IMG/VR virus record: IMGVR_UViG_2671181055_000011
Reading direction: 5' to 3' (one strand)
Source of the DNA: a virus
Taxonomy: Duplodnaviria > Heunggongvirae > Uroviricota > Caudoviricetes
DNA length: 48,393 nucleotides
The first letter of the stretch is position 1. Every line of letters begins with the position of its first letter. The notes beneath the pieces were generated by a model. The model ran no database searches. It was not told the origin of the DNA and was given only the letters and a program-made list of their open reading frames with translations. The position numbers and the translations under genes were made by a program. Positions 10,237 through 19,330 of this stretch are shown piece by piece.

Positions 10237-10589
10237 NNNNNNNNNNNNNNNNNNNNNNNNNNNNNNNNNNNNNNNNNNNNNNNNNNNNNNNNNNNNNNNN
10301 NNNNNNNNNNNNNNNNNNNNNNNNNNNNNNNNNNNNNNNNNNNNNNNNNNNNNNNNNNNNNNNNNNNNNNNNNNNNNNNNNNNNNNNNNNNNNNNNNNNN
10401 NNNNNNNNNNNNNNNNNNNNNNNNNNNNNNNNNNNNNNNNNNNNNNNNNNNNNNNNNNNNNNNNNNNNNNNNNNNNNNNNNNNNNNNNNNNNNNNNNNNN
10501 NNNNNNNNNNNNNNNNNNNNNNNNNNNNNNNNNNNNNNNNNNNNNNNNNNNNNNNNNNNNNNNNNNNNNNNNNNNNNNNNNNNNNNNNN
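10237..10589. other. Run of 353 N (masked or unresolved sequence)
   Basis: Literal n characters. Confidence 1.
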
Positions 10590-10613
10590 AATTTTTACCG
10601 GGAGGAAATTTTT

Positions 10614-11375
10614 ATGGAGACTGTTTTTGACGCACTGAAAGCAATGGGAAAAGCCACATCCATAGAACTTGCTGCGCGACTTGATATCAGTCGTGAAGAA
10701 GTGCTGAACGAACTATGGGAACTGAAAAAAGCTGGTTTCGTTGATAAAAGCGCGTACACCTGGCGTGTGGCTGATAACAACGTTCAGCAGGAACAGCCAA
10801 TGCAGGCAGAACTGCCGGAAGAAACCACCACGGCAACTGTAGTGAAAATCTCAGAGTGCGATTTAACCGCGACGATTGAACAACGCGGACCACAAACGGC
10901 GGATGAACTGGCTACGCTGTTCGGTACAACATCCCGCAAAGTTGCTTCAACGCTGGCAATGGCAATCAGCAAAGGACGCCTGATTCGCGTAAACCAGAAC
11001 AGTAAATTTCGTTACTGCATGCCGGGCGATAATTTACCAGCAGAGCCGAAAGCTGCATCGGTAGCGGAAACTGATGGTAAAGCCTTTCCTCAGCCAGCCG
11101 GTGTTGCGTTACCAGTACAGGAAGCGGCAACACAGGAAGATATTAAAACAGAAACTGTGGCGGACATTGTGCAGTCGCTGCCATCGTTTACTGAAACGCA
11201 AGCGGATGACCTAGTTTTACCATCGCTGCATATGGCAAACCGCGAACTGCGTCGGGCGAAAAATCATGTCCAGAAGTGGGAGCGAGTCTGCGCCGCGCTG
11301 CGGGAGCTGAACAAGCACCGGGATATTGTCCGACAGATTGTCGATTCCTCCAGTCGTATTGTGTCGGAAAAGTGA
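10614..11375 (+). CDS. Hypothetical protein with two winged-helix-like segments and a C-terminal basic/coiled region
   Basis: 253-aa ORF; two segments resembling HTH ([19 protein letters not shown]; [28 protein letters not shown]). Confidence 0.55.
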   Translation: METVFDALKAMGKATSIELAARLDISREEVLNELWELKKAGFVDKSAYTWRVADNNVQQEQPMQAELPEETTTATVVKISECDLTATIEQRGPQTADELATLFGTTSRKVASTLAMAISKGRLIRVNQNSKFRYCMPGDNLPAEPKAASVAETDGKAFPQPAGVALPVQEAATQEDIKTETVADIVQSLPSFTETQADDLVLPSLHMANRELRRAKNHVQKWERVCAALRELNKHRDIVRQIVDSSSRIVSEK

Positions 11376-11390
11376 TTGCCGGAGGCGCTT

Positions 11391-11807
11391 ATGGCAAAAG
11401 TTTTTACACAGGAAGAGCGTGAAAAAATTAAGGAGCAGGTTGTTGAGTTGGTACGCCAGAGTGGGCGCGAGACGTTAAGGCAACTGGAGGCCAAGACAGG
11501 TGCGACAAGATATCTGATGAGCATTCTTGCCAGAGAGTTGGTTGCCAGTGGCGATGTATACAACTCTGGCTATGGGTTATTCCCGTCTGAACAGGCTCGT
11601 AAGGATTGGAAAAACGCCCGCAAAAAACTATCCAGGGCAAAGGTGAAAAAAACGGTTGTGGTTGATCCTGACCTTATCTGGTCATTACCAGACGGAGAAA
11701 TACGCCGCTATGACAGGCGTCAGAACATAATCTGTCGCGAGTGCCGGAAGAGTGAAGTTATGAAACGTGTACTGGCATTTTATCAAGGAAATCTTCGGTA
11801 TTTATAG
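11391..11807 (+). CDS. Hypothetical protein (138 aa from ATG 11391; ORF extends to 11376)
   Basis: GGAGG RBS 6 nt upstream of ATG 11391; Cys pair CRECRK near C-terminus. Confidence 0.5.
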   Translation: MAKVFTQEEREKIKEQVVELVRQSGRETLRQLEAKTGATRYLMSILARELVASGDVYNSGYGLFPSEQARKDWKNARKKLSRAKVKKTVVVDPDLIWSLPDGEIRRYDRRQNIICRECRKSEVMKRVLAFYQGNLRYL

Positions 11808-11945
11808 ACGTTACTAGATCAAAGAGCATTAGTTCATATGTAAATTGACATTTTTCTGGCACAGGGGAGAGCTAGCGTGGTTGTCCGCTTTGTGCCAATA
11901 GCGGACATTGCTGGCTCATGGTATGTTAGTTTAAGGAGGCAGGTT

Positions 11946-12968
11946 ATGCCCTGTATTTCGCTGTGGTATAATAGTTGCGCAATTGATACAAGGGAGCGTT
12001 ACATCGTGAAAATTGTTTTCGAGGTTAATGGAAAGAAAGTTCCACTAAAATCTTTAAAATACATAAGCAAAAAAGATCAACTCGAAGTAATGAAAAACTG
12101 GTTCTTTGAAAACTTTGAAGATCCGGCAAATGCTTGTCCGTATGAAAGTAGAGAAGGTGGCTATGCTTACATATATGGCGGGCCGTATGATGCGAGCGAA
12201 GAACTACAATCCATCTTCGGTCAATATGTTAAATCTGAGTATATTGAGGAATTAGTAGATGAATTACAAACACAATGTTTTGACTGGTCTGGAAACTCAA
12301 ATAATATAGATGATTGGTACGATGATGATATCTACGACGCTGTAACGTCTTCCGGTAATCCGTATTTAAAATTCATTGATAATATCGATAAAATAAAAAA
12401 ACTTGCAAAAGATAAAACTGAACAACAGCAAAAAAACCACTTGCTTAGTTTGCTCTACACGAATGTTATTACAGCTTTGGAAACGCTTTATGTTGAGCTA
12501 TTCATTAATTCTATAGAGAAAGATGATGTCTACATAGCCAATTGTATAGAAAAAGGTAAGACTGAATTTAAAGTAAGCAAAGATATTGCTGCGTTGCCTT
12601 TCAAGGGTGAACCCATCGAGAAAATTAGGGGAGAGCTAATCAGGTCAATCAAGGAACACTTGATCAGTGCAAGCTGGCATAGCACTAAAAAGGTAATCGA
12701 CCGCTATGAAGCTACATTCGATATAAAAGTACAAAAAGACTGTCCGATAGAAGCTATTGAATTGGCAACCCTCAATCGAAATCACTTAGTGCATCGTGGT
12801 GGAAAGGATAAAGAAGGGAACCTCGTAGTGATTACAGACCAGGATCTTGAAACGCTGATTGAAAATGCATCGAACCTGGCAATTATGCTCTACAACAGTT
12901 TAAATGTAGCAACGAATAAAACCACCATTTTGCAACCAGATGACAAACCGTTCATTCATGAATTTTAA
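11946..12968 (+). CDS. AT-rich accessory protein with C-terminal RNxxxH (HEPN-like) motif; candidate Abi/RNase-type effector
   Basis: AAGGAGG RBS (11933-11939) 6 nt before ATG 11946; motif R-N-H-L-V-H encoded at 12777-12794; a 100-nt sample (12006-12105) is 29% G+C by my count versus roughly 50% in flanking phage genes. Confidence 0.6.
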   Translation: MPCISLWYNSCAIDTRERYIVKIVFEVNGKKVPLKSLKYISKKDQLEVMKNWFFENFEDPANACPYESREGGYAYIYGGPYDASEELQSIFGQYVKSEYIEELVDELQTQCFDWSGNSNNIDDWYDDDIYDAVTSSGNPYLKFIDNIDKIKKLAKDKTEQQQKNHLLSLLYTNVITALETLYVELFINSIEKDDVYIANCIEKGKTEFKVSKDIAALPFKGEPIEKIRGELIRSIKEHLISASWHSTKKVIDRYEATFDIKVQKDCPIEAIELATLNRNHLVHRGGKDKEGNLVVITDQDLETLIENASNLAIMLYNSLNVATNKTTILQPDDKPFIHEF

Positions 12969-12983
12969 TAGCGCAGGTCATAC

Positions 12984-13985
12984 ATGGATATTCGCACACG
13001 AAAGACAAAATTTTTAGAGTCGTTAGATTCAACTGAAGTGATACGCAAAGCAGTAAGTCTCGCTATAGATTGCATTATTGATAATCATAATAGTAATGAA
13101 GATACCCCCTTAGTTATTACCAGCTATGATGATCTCTGTAGAATCCAGGTGCTAAATTATGTACAGGAGTTTTGCGAAGCTGCATTCCCTGATATGGATG
13201 AATATTACTTTAGTCCTAACATACTTCGCATCAACGGCAAGACTAGTGAAGAAGCTTGTATTAACTTAATTAAACTCTTAAGAAGTACAAAAGGCATGCT
13301 ATTCTGGTCCGATGCCCCATCGTGGTTCGCTAGCCTCCCCGACGGATTATTCCATGTTGTTAACATTGATCAAAAAATCGTTACTCGCGGCCTTAATAAG
13401 AAAAACTCTAAGCCGACAATAATCAATAAAGATTACAGTGTAGATACACTACTATCAGAGCTATTTTTGAATGGCGCACACATGGAGCAACCCAACGTAC
13501 ACAACGTTTCTGAGGGAAACATGAAGTTCTATGATGAATGCCATGCTGGATTAATCAGACCAATACCCGCTCCAATAGGCGCGTCATACGATGAAGAGAT
13601 CACAATTAATTCTCCAGATTGGCAAAAGCTCGCGTGTGTAGCTTTACGCCGCTATCAGTCGAAGGAATGTCATGACGGAATGCAATGGGATACAACCGAT
13701 CATGGTTGGACTGATGTAATCGCGTATCCATTCGTCGAAGAAATACAATCAATGGATAATAGTGGTTATCGACAATGTTTAGTTGGGCTGGTCACAATAA
13801 ACAATTCAAATGCAAATTCTCCGTACCTATCTACCGTTTGGATACATCCATTTTATCGCAGGAGAGGGTTATTAAGTAAGTTATGGCCAAAATTACAAGA
13901 GTTATATGGAAGTAACTTCGAAATTGAGCGACCTAATGAAAATATGAAAGCATTTCTGAAAAGTGCGAAACACGCAGATTACTAA
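12984..13985 (+). CDS. AT-rich accessory protein with C-terminal GNAT-like acetyltransferase motif
   Basis: Starts 15 nt after previous stop (operon); motif VWIHPFYRRRGLLSKLW resembles GNAT motif A (V-x-P-x-Y-R/Q-x-x-G-x-G/A). Confidence 0.6.
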   Translation: MDIRTRKTKFLESLDSTEVIRKAVSLAIDCIIDNHNSNEDTPLVITSYDDLCRIQVLNYVQEFCEAAFPDMDEYYFSPNILRINGKTSEEACINLIKLLRSTKGMLFWSDAPSWFASLPDGLFHVVNIDQKIVTRGLNKKNSKPTIINKDYSVDTLLSELFLNGAHMEQPNVHNVSEGNMKFYDECHAGLIRPIPAPIGASYDEEITINSPDWQKLACVALRRYQSKECHDGMQWDTTDHGWTDVIAYPFVEEIQSMDNSGYRQCLVGLVTINNSNANSPYLSTVWIHPFYRRRGLLSKLWPKLQELYGSNFEIERPNENMKAFLKSAKHADY

Positions 13986-14168
13986 TTTATGAATCAGTCT
14001 GTGGAGTTAGGGTTGGTGTGAACAAGTAGGGTAAGAGCCTCAACGTGATGCTATGCCGACCTGCTCCCTGAGAATTCACACAGAAGGCTGCTAGCAATGT
14101 CTGCAGATCGCTCAAAGCGGACTAAAATGTTGGCTTGTTTCTGACTTAGAGCATTTAAGGAAGTGCTG

Positions 14169-14387
14169 GTGGTGACTGGTTGTTGTGTTCCATTTCTACA
14201 GAATAAAATCACAGAAACTATACCCAATAGTTGTATTGAATCACTGACGAGACAGCCTCATATTTATCAGGACTGGTGTGCGTCTAATACAGGGGGTTGT
14301 CGTGCTGGTTCTCAAATGTGCGCTGGCTATTGCGGCTGTAATGGCAATTTATTGTCTTGCTGTTGTTCTTATGGAGCGGCTTTCTGA
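14169..14387 (+). CDS. Possible small Cys-rich protein (13 Cys in about 73 aa); very uncertain
   Basis: AAGGAAG (14157-14163) upstream of GTG codons at 14169/14172; translation contains CC, CGC, CCC clusters. Confidence 0.2.
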   Translation: MVTGCCVPFLQNKITETIPNSCIESLTRQPHIYQDWCASNTGGCRAGSQMCAGYCGCNGNLLSCCCSYGAAF

Positions 14388-14545
14388 TTGATTACATACT
14401 GGCTAGAAAAAAGGTGTTACCTTGGTTTATCTTTGTCCGGCAAGGTGCGCTCATTAATCTTAAGTAAATTTATTGCTCAAGTATTCAGATTACTTCTTAT
14501 GGTTGAAGTCTCCTGTCAATGTAGAACCAATATATTTACAAAAAT

Positions 14546-14578
14546 GAGACCCGTCGGGGATAGCCCTGCCGGGTCTGA
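14546..14578 (-). terminator. Putative intrinsic terminator downstream of the minus-strand gene ending at 14606
   Basis: Inverted repeat agacccg...cgggtct; on the minus strand it is followed by cattttt. Confidence 0.3.
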
Positions 14579-14605
14579 CTGTTAAAGCATTTTTAATATG
14601 ATCAT

Positions 14606-14944
14606 CTATTTTTTGGTGCTATAGACTTTTTCGCCCGAAAAGTCTGGAGCGACCCAAAAGTTAATATTAAACTGAGCATCATCGCTTAGTTCAACACGGT
14701 GCCAGTATTGTGGTGGGCTTGTTGCAAAAGCGCCAGCATTAATGACTACTTTTATCTCCGGTTCAGTAGCATTCTCATCAGTAAAACCATAATATGTTAC
14801 AGTGCCTTCCATTACGCACAACTGCCCAAAAACACCTGCTGCTGTATTATGATGTGTTAATAACGCTGAAGGTACGTTCTCTTTTGTGAAGAACGGAGTT
14901 GAGCGTTTGATTACCCAATCTTTAGGAATTCTCTTGTGTGTCAT
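14606..14944 (-). CDS. YeaR-like (DUF1971/TehB-related) protein; start at MTHKRIP (ORF extends to 14968)
   Basis: Recalled similarity to E. coli YeaR; GAGGAG RBS upstream of ATG 14944. Confidence 0.5.
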   Translation of the reverse strand: MTHKRIPKDWVIKRSTPFFTKENVPSALLTHHNTAAGVFGQLCVMEGTVTYYGFTDENATEPEIKVVINAGAFATSPPQYWHRVELSDDAQFNINFWVAPDFSGEKVYSTKK

Positions 14945-15152
14945 AACCACCTCCTCCAAAACATGCATTAAAAATGCATCTTTTGGAGGGTTATGTCAAG
15001 CTGTTATGAAACACATAATTGATATGTTGATTAGAGGAGAAGATAGAATAAATATGGTTGTTTTTCGTATAACTATTTGTTTTACTTTTAGTTTATGCAT
15101 TCTGTGTGTTAGGAATAAGTTATTAAAGTTTAATCAAAAAATCTCGATGTAG

Positions 15153-15757
15153 TCCACATAGATTACTGTTACTGAACCTTATTGTGTGTATTAGTTGTGT
15201 TCTGAAATTTCAGCTTAATTATTTATGATGTATTTTTTAACGATAAATATTTTCCCAGGATACCTTTACTGTGTATATAAATAAATTATATACGCATAAA
15301 TAATGTAAAGGCGTCCTTTTAGATATATCTTATCAAATGTTAATGACTTGAGTGGGAAATATGATTCCAGCAACTTATCATGTGGCTACTTTATAAAAAT
15401 AATGCCCATATAAAACAACAAGCGAAAAGGATTACGGATAAAAAAGGAGCGAGATGTGCGAACTTGTTATTTTCCATGTTTAACCACCTTAAATAATTGA
15501 TGATGACGGGATGATTGCATCTGTAATGCTTTTATTGAAATGTTATGATAAAAAAGAACTTTTGCATAACATTAAAATGTAATTTATCTAATCGTTTTTA
15601 ATAATAAGTGTCGTATTTCTATCCTTGTACCAGCTATTTGATATGTAGTGTTTGTTCATGCTATGTGGGGCTTTACACCATAGCCAGTTTATTTATACTT
15701 TATTCGTCAGCCTGAACAACTGGCATCTGCTGCGCTGCGCCATCGAGAGATTGAGAA
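15153..15757. other. About 600-bp AT-rich non-coding segment upstream of the nin-like operon
   Basis: No ORF of 60 aa or more; many A/T tracts and TATA-like hexamers. Confidence 0.5.
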
Positions 15758-16357
15758 ATGGCGCATATACAACTGGTCAAACAAACCTCTTCTGGTTTAC
15801 TTCTCCCGGCGACGCCGGAGAGTTGCGATTTTCTGCATCAAATCAAAATAGGTGAGTGGATACACGCAGACTTTAAGCGTGTGCGTAACTACGCATTCCA
15901 CAAGCGTTTTTTCAAACTCCTGCAACTGGGATTCGATTACTGGACTCCGGTCGGTGGGGCGATCACGCCTCGCGAACGAGAACTGCTGTCTGGTTTCGTT
16001 GATTACCTGTGCGAATCAGTTGGTCGGGAACACACGCCAGCCCTGAGTGATGCCGCAGAGCAATACCTTAACACCGTTGCGACTCGTAGAACCCGGGATA
16101 CGGCGTTGCTAAAGTCGTTTGAGGCTTTCCGCGAGTGGGTAACCATTCAGGCCGGATTTTACACCGAGCATATTTATCCGGACGGTAGCCGTGGGCGTCG
16201 GGCAAAATCCATCGCTTTTGCGAATATGGACGAAGTCGAGTTTCAGCAGGTTTATAAATCTGTACTGAATGTGCTGTGGAACTGGATTCTGTTCCGTAAA
16301 TTCTCCTCTCAGGAGGAAGTTGAAAATGTGGCCGCACAACTACTGGAGTTTGCGTAA
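15758..16357 (+). CDS. DUF1367-like lambdoid nin-region protein (199 aa)
   Basis: First gene of a translationally coupled three-gene operon ending in a Q-like gene; family assignment from memory. Confidence 0.6.
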   Translation: MAHIQLVKQTSSGLLLPATPESCDFLHQIKIGEWIHADFKRVRNYAFHKRFFKLLQLGFDYWTPVGGAITPRERELLSGFVDYLCESVGREHTPALSDAAEQYLNTVATRRTRDTALLKSFEAFREWVTIQAGFYTEHIYPDGSRGRRAKSIAFANMDEVEFQQVYKSVLNVLWNWILFRKFSSQEEVENVAAQLLEFA

Positions 16358-16647
16358 TGGTGAATTTACGTAAAGCGGCTAAAGGCCAGATGTGCCAGAT
16401 CAGAATCCCTGGCTACTGCAATCACAATCCCGAAACCTCTGTGCTGGCGCATTACAGGCTGGCGGGGACGTGCGGAACAGCGACAAAACCACATGATATG
16501 CAGGCGGCGATAGCCTGTAGCTCATGCCACGATCTAATCGACGGGCGGGTAAAAACCAGCGATTACACCAAAGAAGAATTGCGCCTGATGCATGCTGAAG
16601 GGGTTTTTCGCACACAAGAAATCTGGAGAAAGAAAGGTCATTTATGA
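16357..16647 (+). CDS. YbcO-like (DUF1364) Cys-rich putative nuclease (96 aa)
   Basis: Recalled similarity to DLP12 YbcO; Cys motifs CQIRIPGYC and CSSCHD; start overlaps upstream stop (TAATG). Confidence 0.65.
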   Translation: MVNLRKAAKGQMCQIRIPGYCNHNPETSVLAHYRLAGTCGTATKPHDMQAAIACSSCHDLIDGRVKTSDYTKEELRLMHAEGVFRTQEIWRKKGHL

Positions 16648-17186
16648 TTTACCCAACGAATACAGGAAAAAGCGGAGAACACCTTCGCCTCACCACGCTG
16701 GAAAGTGTCTGGATTCAGGGAAAACTACGTATGTGGGGGCGCTGGTCGTATATTGGCGGTGGCAGGTCAGGGAATATGTTCAATCAGTTGTTGGCATCCA
16801 AAAAACTGACGAAAACAGCCATTAATGAAGCCCTGCGCAGAATGAAAAAAGCGGGAATAGAGAAAGCTGAGCTGGAAGCGTTTTTGCGAGAGATGATCAA
16901 CGGCAAGCAAAAGAGCTGGCTGGCGCATTGTACTGATGCAGAGGCGTTATGTATTGATCGAGTCATAAGTGAGGTGCTGGCAGAGCATCCAGGATTGATT
17001 TGCATTCTCCGGCAACGCTATGAAGGGCGGGGGATGACTAAGCGCAAAATGGCTGAATTGCTAAATGATGCACACCCAGAGTGGTGTTTTAGCACATGCG
17101 AAAAACGGATTGCTAATTGGTTAGCTGTTGCTGAGTATGCCCTATATATTCCCATGCGTGAATCATTTGCTGAGAAAATGGCTTGA
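16644..17186 (+). CDS. Putative late-gene antiterminator (Q-like), assigned mainly by position
   Basis: Last gene before the terminator/late-promoter region and lysis cassette; start overlaps ybcO-like stop (ATGA). Confidence 0.45.
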   Translation: MIYPTNTGKSGEHLRLTTLESVWIQGKLRMWGRWSYIGGGRSGNMFNQLLASKKLTKTAINEALRRMKKAGIEKAELEAFLREMINGKQKSWLAHCTDAEALCIDRVISEVLAEHPGLICILRQRYEGRGMTKRKMAELLNDAHPEWCFSTCEKRIANWLAVAEYALYIPMRESFAEKMA

Positions 17187-17265
17187 TTTCTTACGTATAA
17201 ACTGCTTCAATTTTGCTATGCTTCGCAAAGCTGTATCGCGAGGCGGATTGCAGACATGGACATCG

Positions 17266-17293
17266 TAAAAAAACCGCTTAATGCGGTTTTTTT
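17266..17293 (+). terminator. Intrinsic terminator downstream of the Q-like gene
   Basis: aaccgc-ttaat-gcggtt hairpin followed by T-run; A-run upstream. Confidence 0.6.
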
Positions 17294-17580
17294 ACGTCAG
17301 GAAAGCAGGGGAGAATGCTGCTAGTTGGGCAACTGGTCTTTCTGCTCCAAATTATAACAGAGACCAGTTATAGTTTCGGTGCTGTGTTTTTTTTACAATA
17401 TTGTGATAACACATTGCTGGCGGGAGTTTTGATATTTCTTGGCAGGGGCTGATGATGCGTTATCCTGATGTCGTCAACTCATATAAAATGAGATGAGAGA
17501 TCATTGCAGGGTGGTTTGTAATTCGCTGTTTAGCGGGACAATATGTTGTCTGATACAAGACACCCGACGCCTCAGATTAC

Positions 17581-17586
17581 TATAAT
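17581..17586 (+). promoter_or_regulatory. TATAAT hexamer, candidate -10 of late promoter (pR'-like)
   Basis: Perfect -10 consensus about 30 nt upstream of a terminator hairpin, the arrangement expected for Q-dependent antitermination; no convincing -35. Confidence 0.3.
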
Positions 17587-17613
17587 AAAGACGAAGCATC
17601 CTTTGTATTGACC

Positions 17614-17639
17614 AACCGCCTGTTTAGGCGGTTCTTTTT
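17614..17639 (+). terminator. Intrinsic terminator (candidate tR')
   Basis: aaccgcc-tgttt-aggcggtt hairpin followed by ctttttg. Confidence 0.5.
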
Positions 17640-18171
17640 GGGCTGGTTTATTGTATGCCAAATGATTATTAAAAAGGTTGTGTTAATAACAAGATCCGAA
17701 ATAATATGCCTGCATATTTTTATCTTGCTTATATTCTGCATATTGTGCATAGCAGGCTCATCCCTGCAATCAAAACTGTATGATGAGTATTTTTTGTTTT
17801 CCTTTTTTCCAGTCATCTGATGATGACCTGCTTCTTTTTAATCCGGATCGACATCAGTTTTTTAAGATAATTCCTGCGAGTTATATGCATAAATGCCACA
17901 AACTCCGCATTTTATGTGGTTGGGAGTTGCCGGGCGCGCAGTGAGTTTGCTAAGAAAACTCCTGCATGGTGAATCCCCCTGTGCGGTGGGGTGATACCAT
18001 TAACCTTTTCTGTCGCCGACAGGTATCACGAACATTTTGTTCACCGGGAGGCACCCGGCACCATGCACTTCAATAGATTCTCTCCACATTATGGATATTC
18101 TTTCAGAATATCCCACGCAGACTTTGTGTAAATGTTAACAAATGTGCGTTTTATTTGATCTGATTCGCTGT

Positions 18172-18201
18172 TTGAGCGTCCAAAACAACGGTATATATAA
18201 T
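18172..18201 (+). promoter_or_regulatory. Candidate sigma70 promoter of lipoprotein moron (-35 ttgagc, -10 tataat)
   Basis: ttgagc 18172-18177, 18-nt spacer, tataat 18196-18201, about 30 nt upstream of ATG 18231. Confidence 0.35.
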
Positions 18202-18230
18202 CCTTTACTATATGACATATGTGAGGAAAA

Positions 18231-18659
18231 ATGGGTTTTCGTAGCGCATCAATTCTTACGTTGATTATTAGTGGGATTATTATCGGGTGCACTGATGCTG
18301 TATCGACAAATTATCATGACCGTACATCATATTACTCCGATAAAGCAATAGAGACACAGTATGTGAGTTCATCTGAACGTACTTCTGATGTTAGTGAGGA
18401 TATCCGTCTGTATGCCCATCAAATCAAGAGCGCCATCGAAAAACAGTTCGGGGATGCGAGTAAGTATTCAGGAAAAGAGTGTACACTGAGAATGCATATG
18501 GCCCCGAATGGCCTTCTACTGGAGGTTAAAAGAGAAAGTGGAGACCTCGATTTATGTCGTGAAGCGATGAATGCGATAAAGAATGCTGATATACCTGCCC
18601 CCCCTTCGCCGGAAGTATATAAAGTATTTCAAAATGGGGTGCTGGATTTTAAACCCTGA
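18231..18659 (+). CDS. Lipoprotein with C-terminal TolA domain III-like domain
   Basis: Signal peptide plus lipobox IIGC (Cys20); C-terminal 85 aa aligns with recalled E. coli TolA C-terminus (QIKSAIE..YxGKxCTLR..APxGxLL..LC..PxPPSxxVYxVFxNxxLDFKP). Confidence 0.75.
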   Translation: MGFRSASILTLIISGIIIGCTDAVSTNYHDRTSYYSDKAIETQYVSSSERTSDVSEDIRLYAHQIKSAIEKQFGDASKYSGKECTLRMHMAPNGLLLEVKRESGDLDLCREAMNAIKNADIPAPPSPEVYKVFQNGVLDFKP

Positions 18660-18809
18660 TATTTATTGTTTTGTAATAAACGGTTTCGGCTTAGGTTTGT
18701 TCTGACACAGCTACGGCACTGAGCTAAATTTAGCGGATAGTCAGCTCTGAGCCAGTGGCGGACGTAACAACTACTATTGCTGAGATTTTAATGGATTGAG
18801 GAGCAAGAA

Positions 18810-19205
18810 GTGGGATTAAAGAAAATCGTTATGTTGACTTTTTGGGTCGGTTTTGTTGCGGGATGCACACCTTTACACCCTTCAGATTGCCACAAAACTA
18901 CTGCTACAGGTAGTTGCAGTTCAGGACGCTGGGATGATCAGGATGAATGGGGGGCGCAAGCGCGGGGAATCAGAGCTGCAATTAATGCCAAACTTGATGA
19001 GCCGCATAACTGGAAAGGGAAAAAATGCAGGTTGCATATGGAATTCTCTCAGGATGGCACGGCGTTAAAAATATCTACCAGTAACGGTGATAAAGCCTAT
19101 TGCGAAGCGATAAAGTCCGCAGCTCATAAAGCCAAATTTCCGGCCTTCAACAATCCGGAAGTCTACAGAGATTTTCAGAAATCTGGCTTTGACATGCGAG
19201 GTTAG
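18810..19205 (+). CDS. Second lipoprotein with divergent TolA domain III-like C-terminus (paralog of 18231-18659); GTG start
   Basis: GAGGAG RBS 7 nt before GTG 18810; lipobox VAGC (Cys19); shares KxCxLxM...G...L...C....A......P.F..PEVY.DFQ with upstream paralog. Confidence 0.7.
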   Translation: MGLKKIVMLTFWVGFVAGCTPLHPSDCHKTTATGSCSSGRWDDQDEWGAQARGIRAAINAKLDEPHNWKGKKCRLHMEFSQDGTALKISTSNGDKAYCEAIKSAAHKAKFPAFNNPEVYRDFQKSGFDMRG

Positions 19206-19330
19206 CTCTTCAATTACTATATCTCATTCATAGCAAACTGACAGATTTGATGATGTTCTATATACGAAACCTGTGATGTCAAGTCTGAGCTAATACAAAT
19301 AAACATAATATCAGAGAAATACATTTTATT

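Noticed and set aside
13986-14162. Possible tRNA or small RNA downstream of the GNAT-like gene
   Set aside because: No T-arm consensus (GTTCGAATC-like), no cloverleaf-compatible repeats, and no clear terminator could be identified by eye.
17580-17820. Overlapping ORFs 17580-17816 (minus) and 17608-17820 (plus) between Q and the lipoprotein moron
   Set aside because: AT-rich intergenic region containing the candidate late promoter and terminator; the two ORFs overlap each other on opposite strands and have no RBS.
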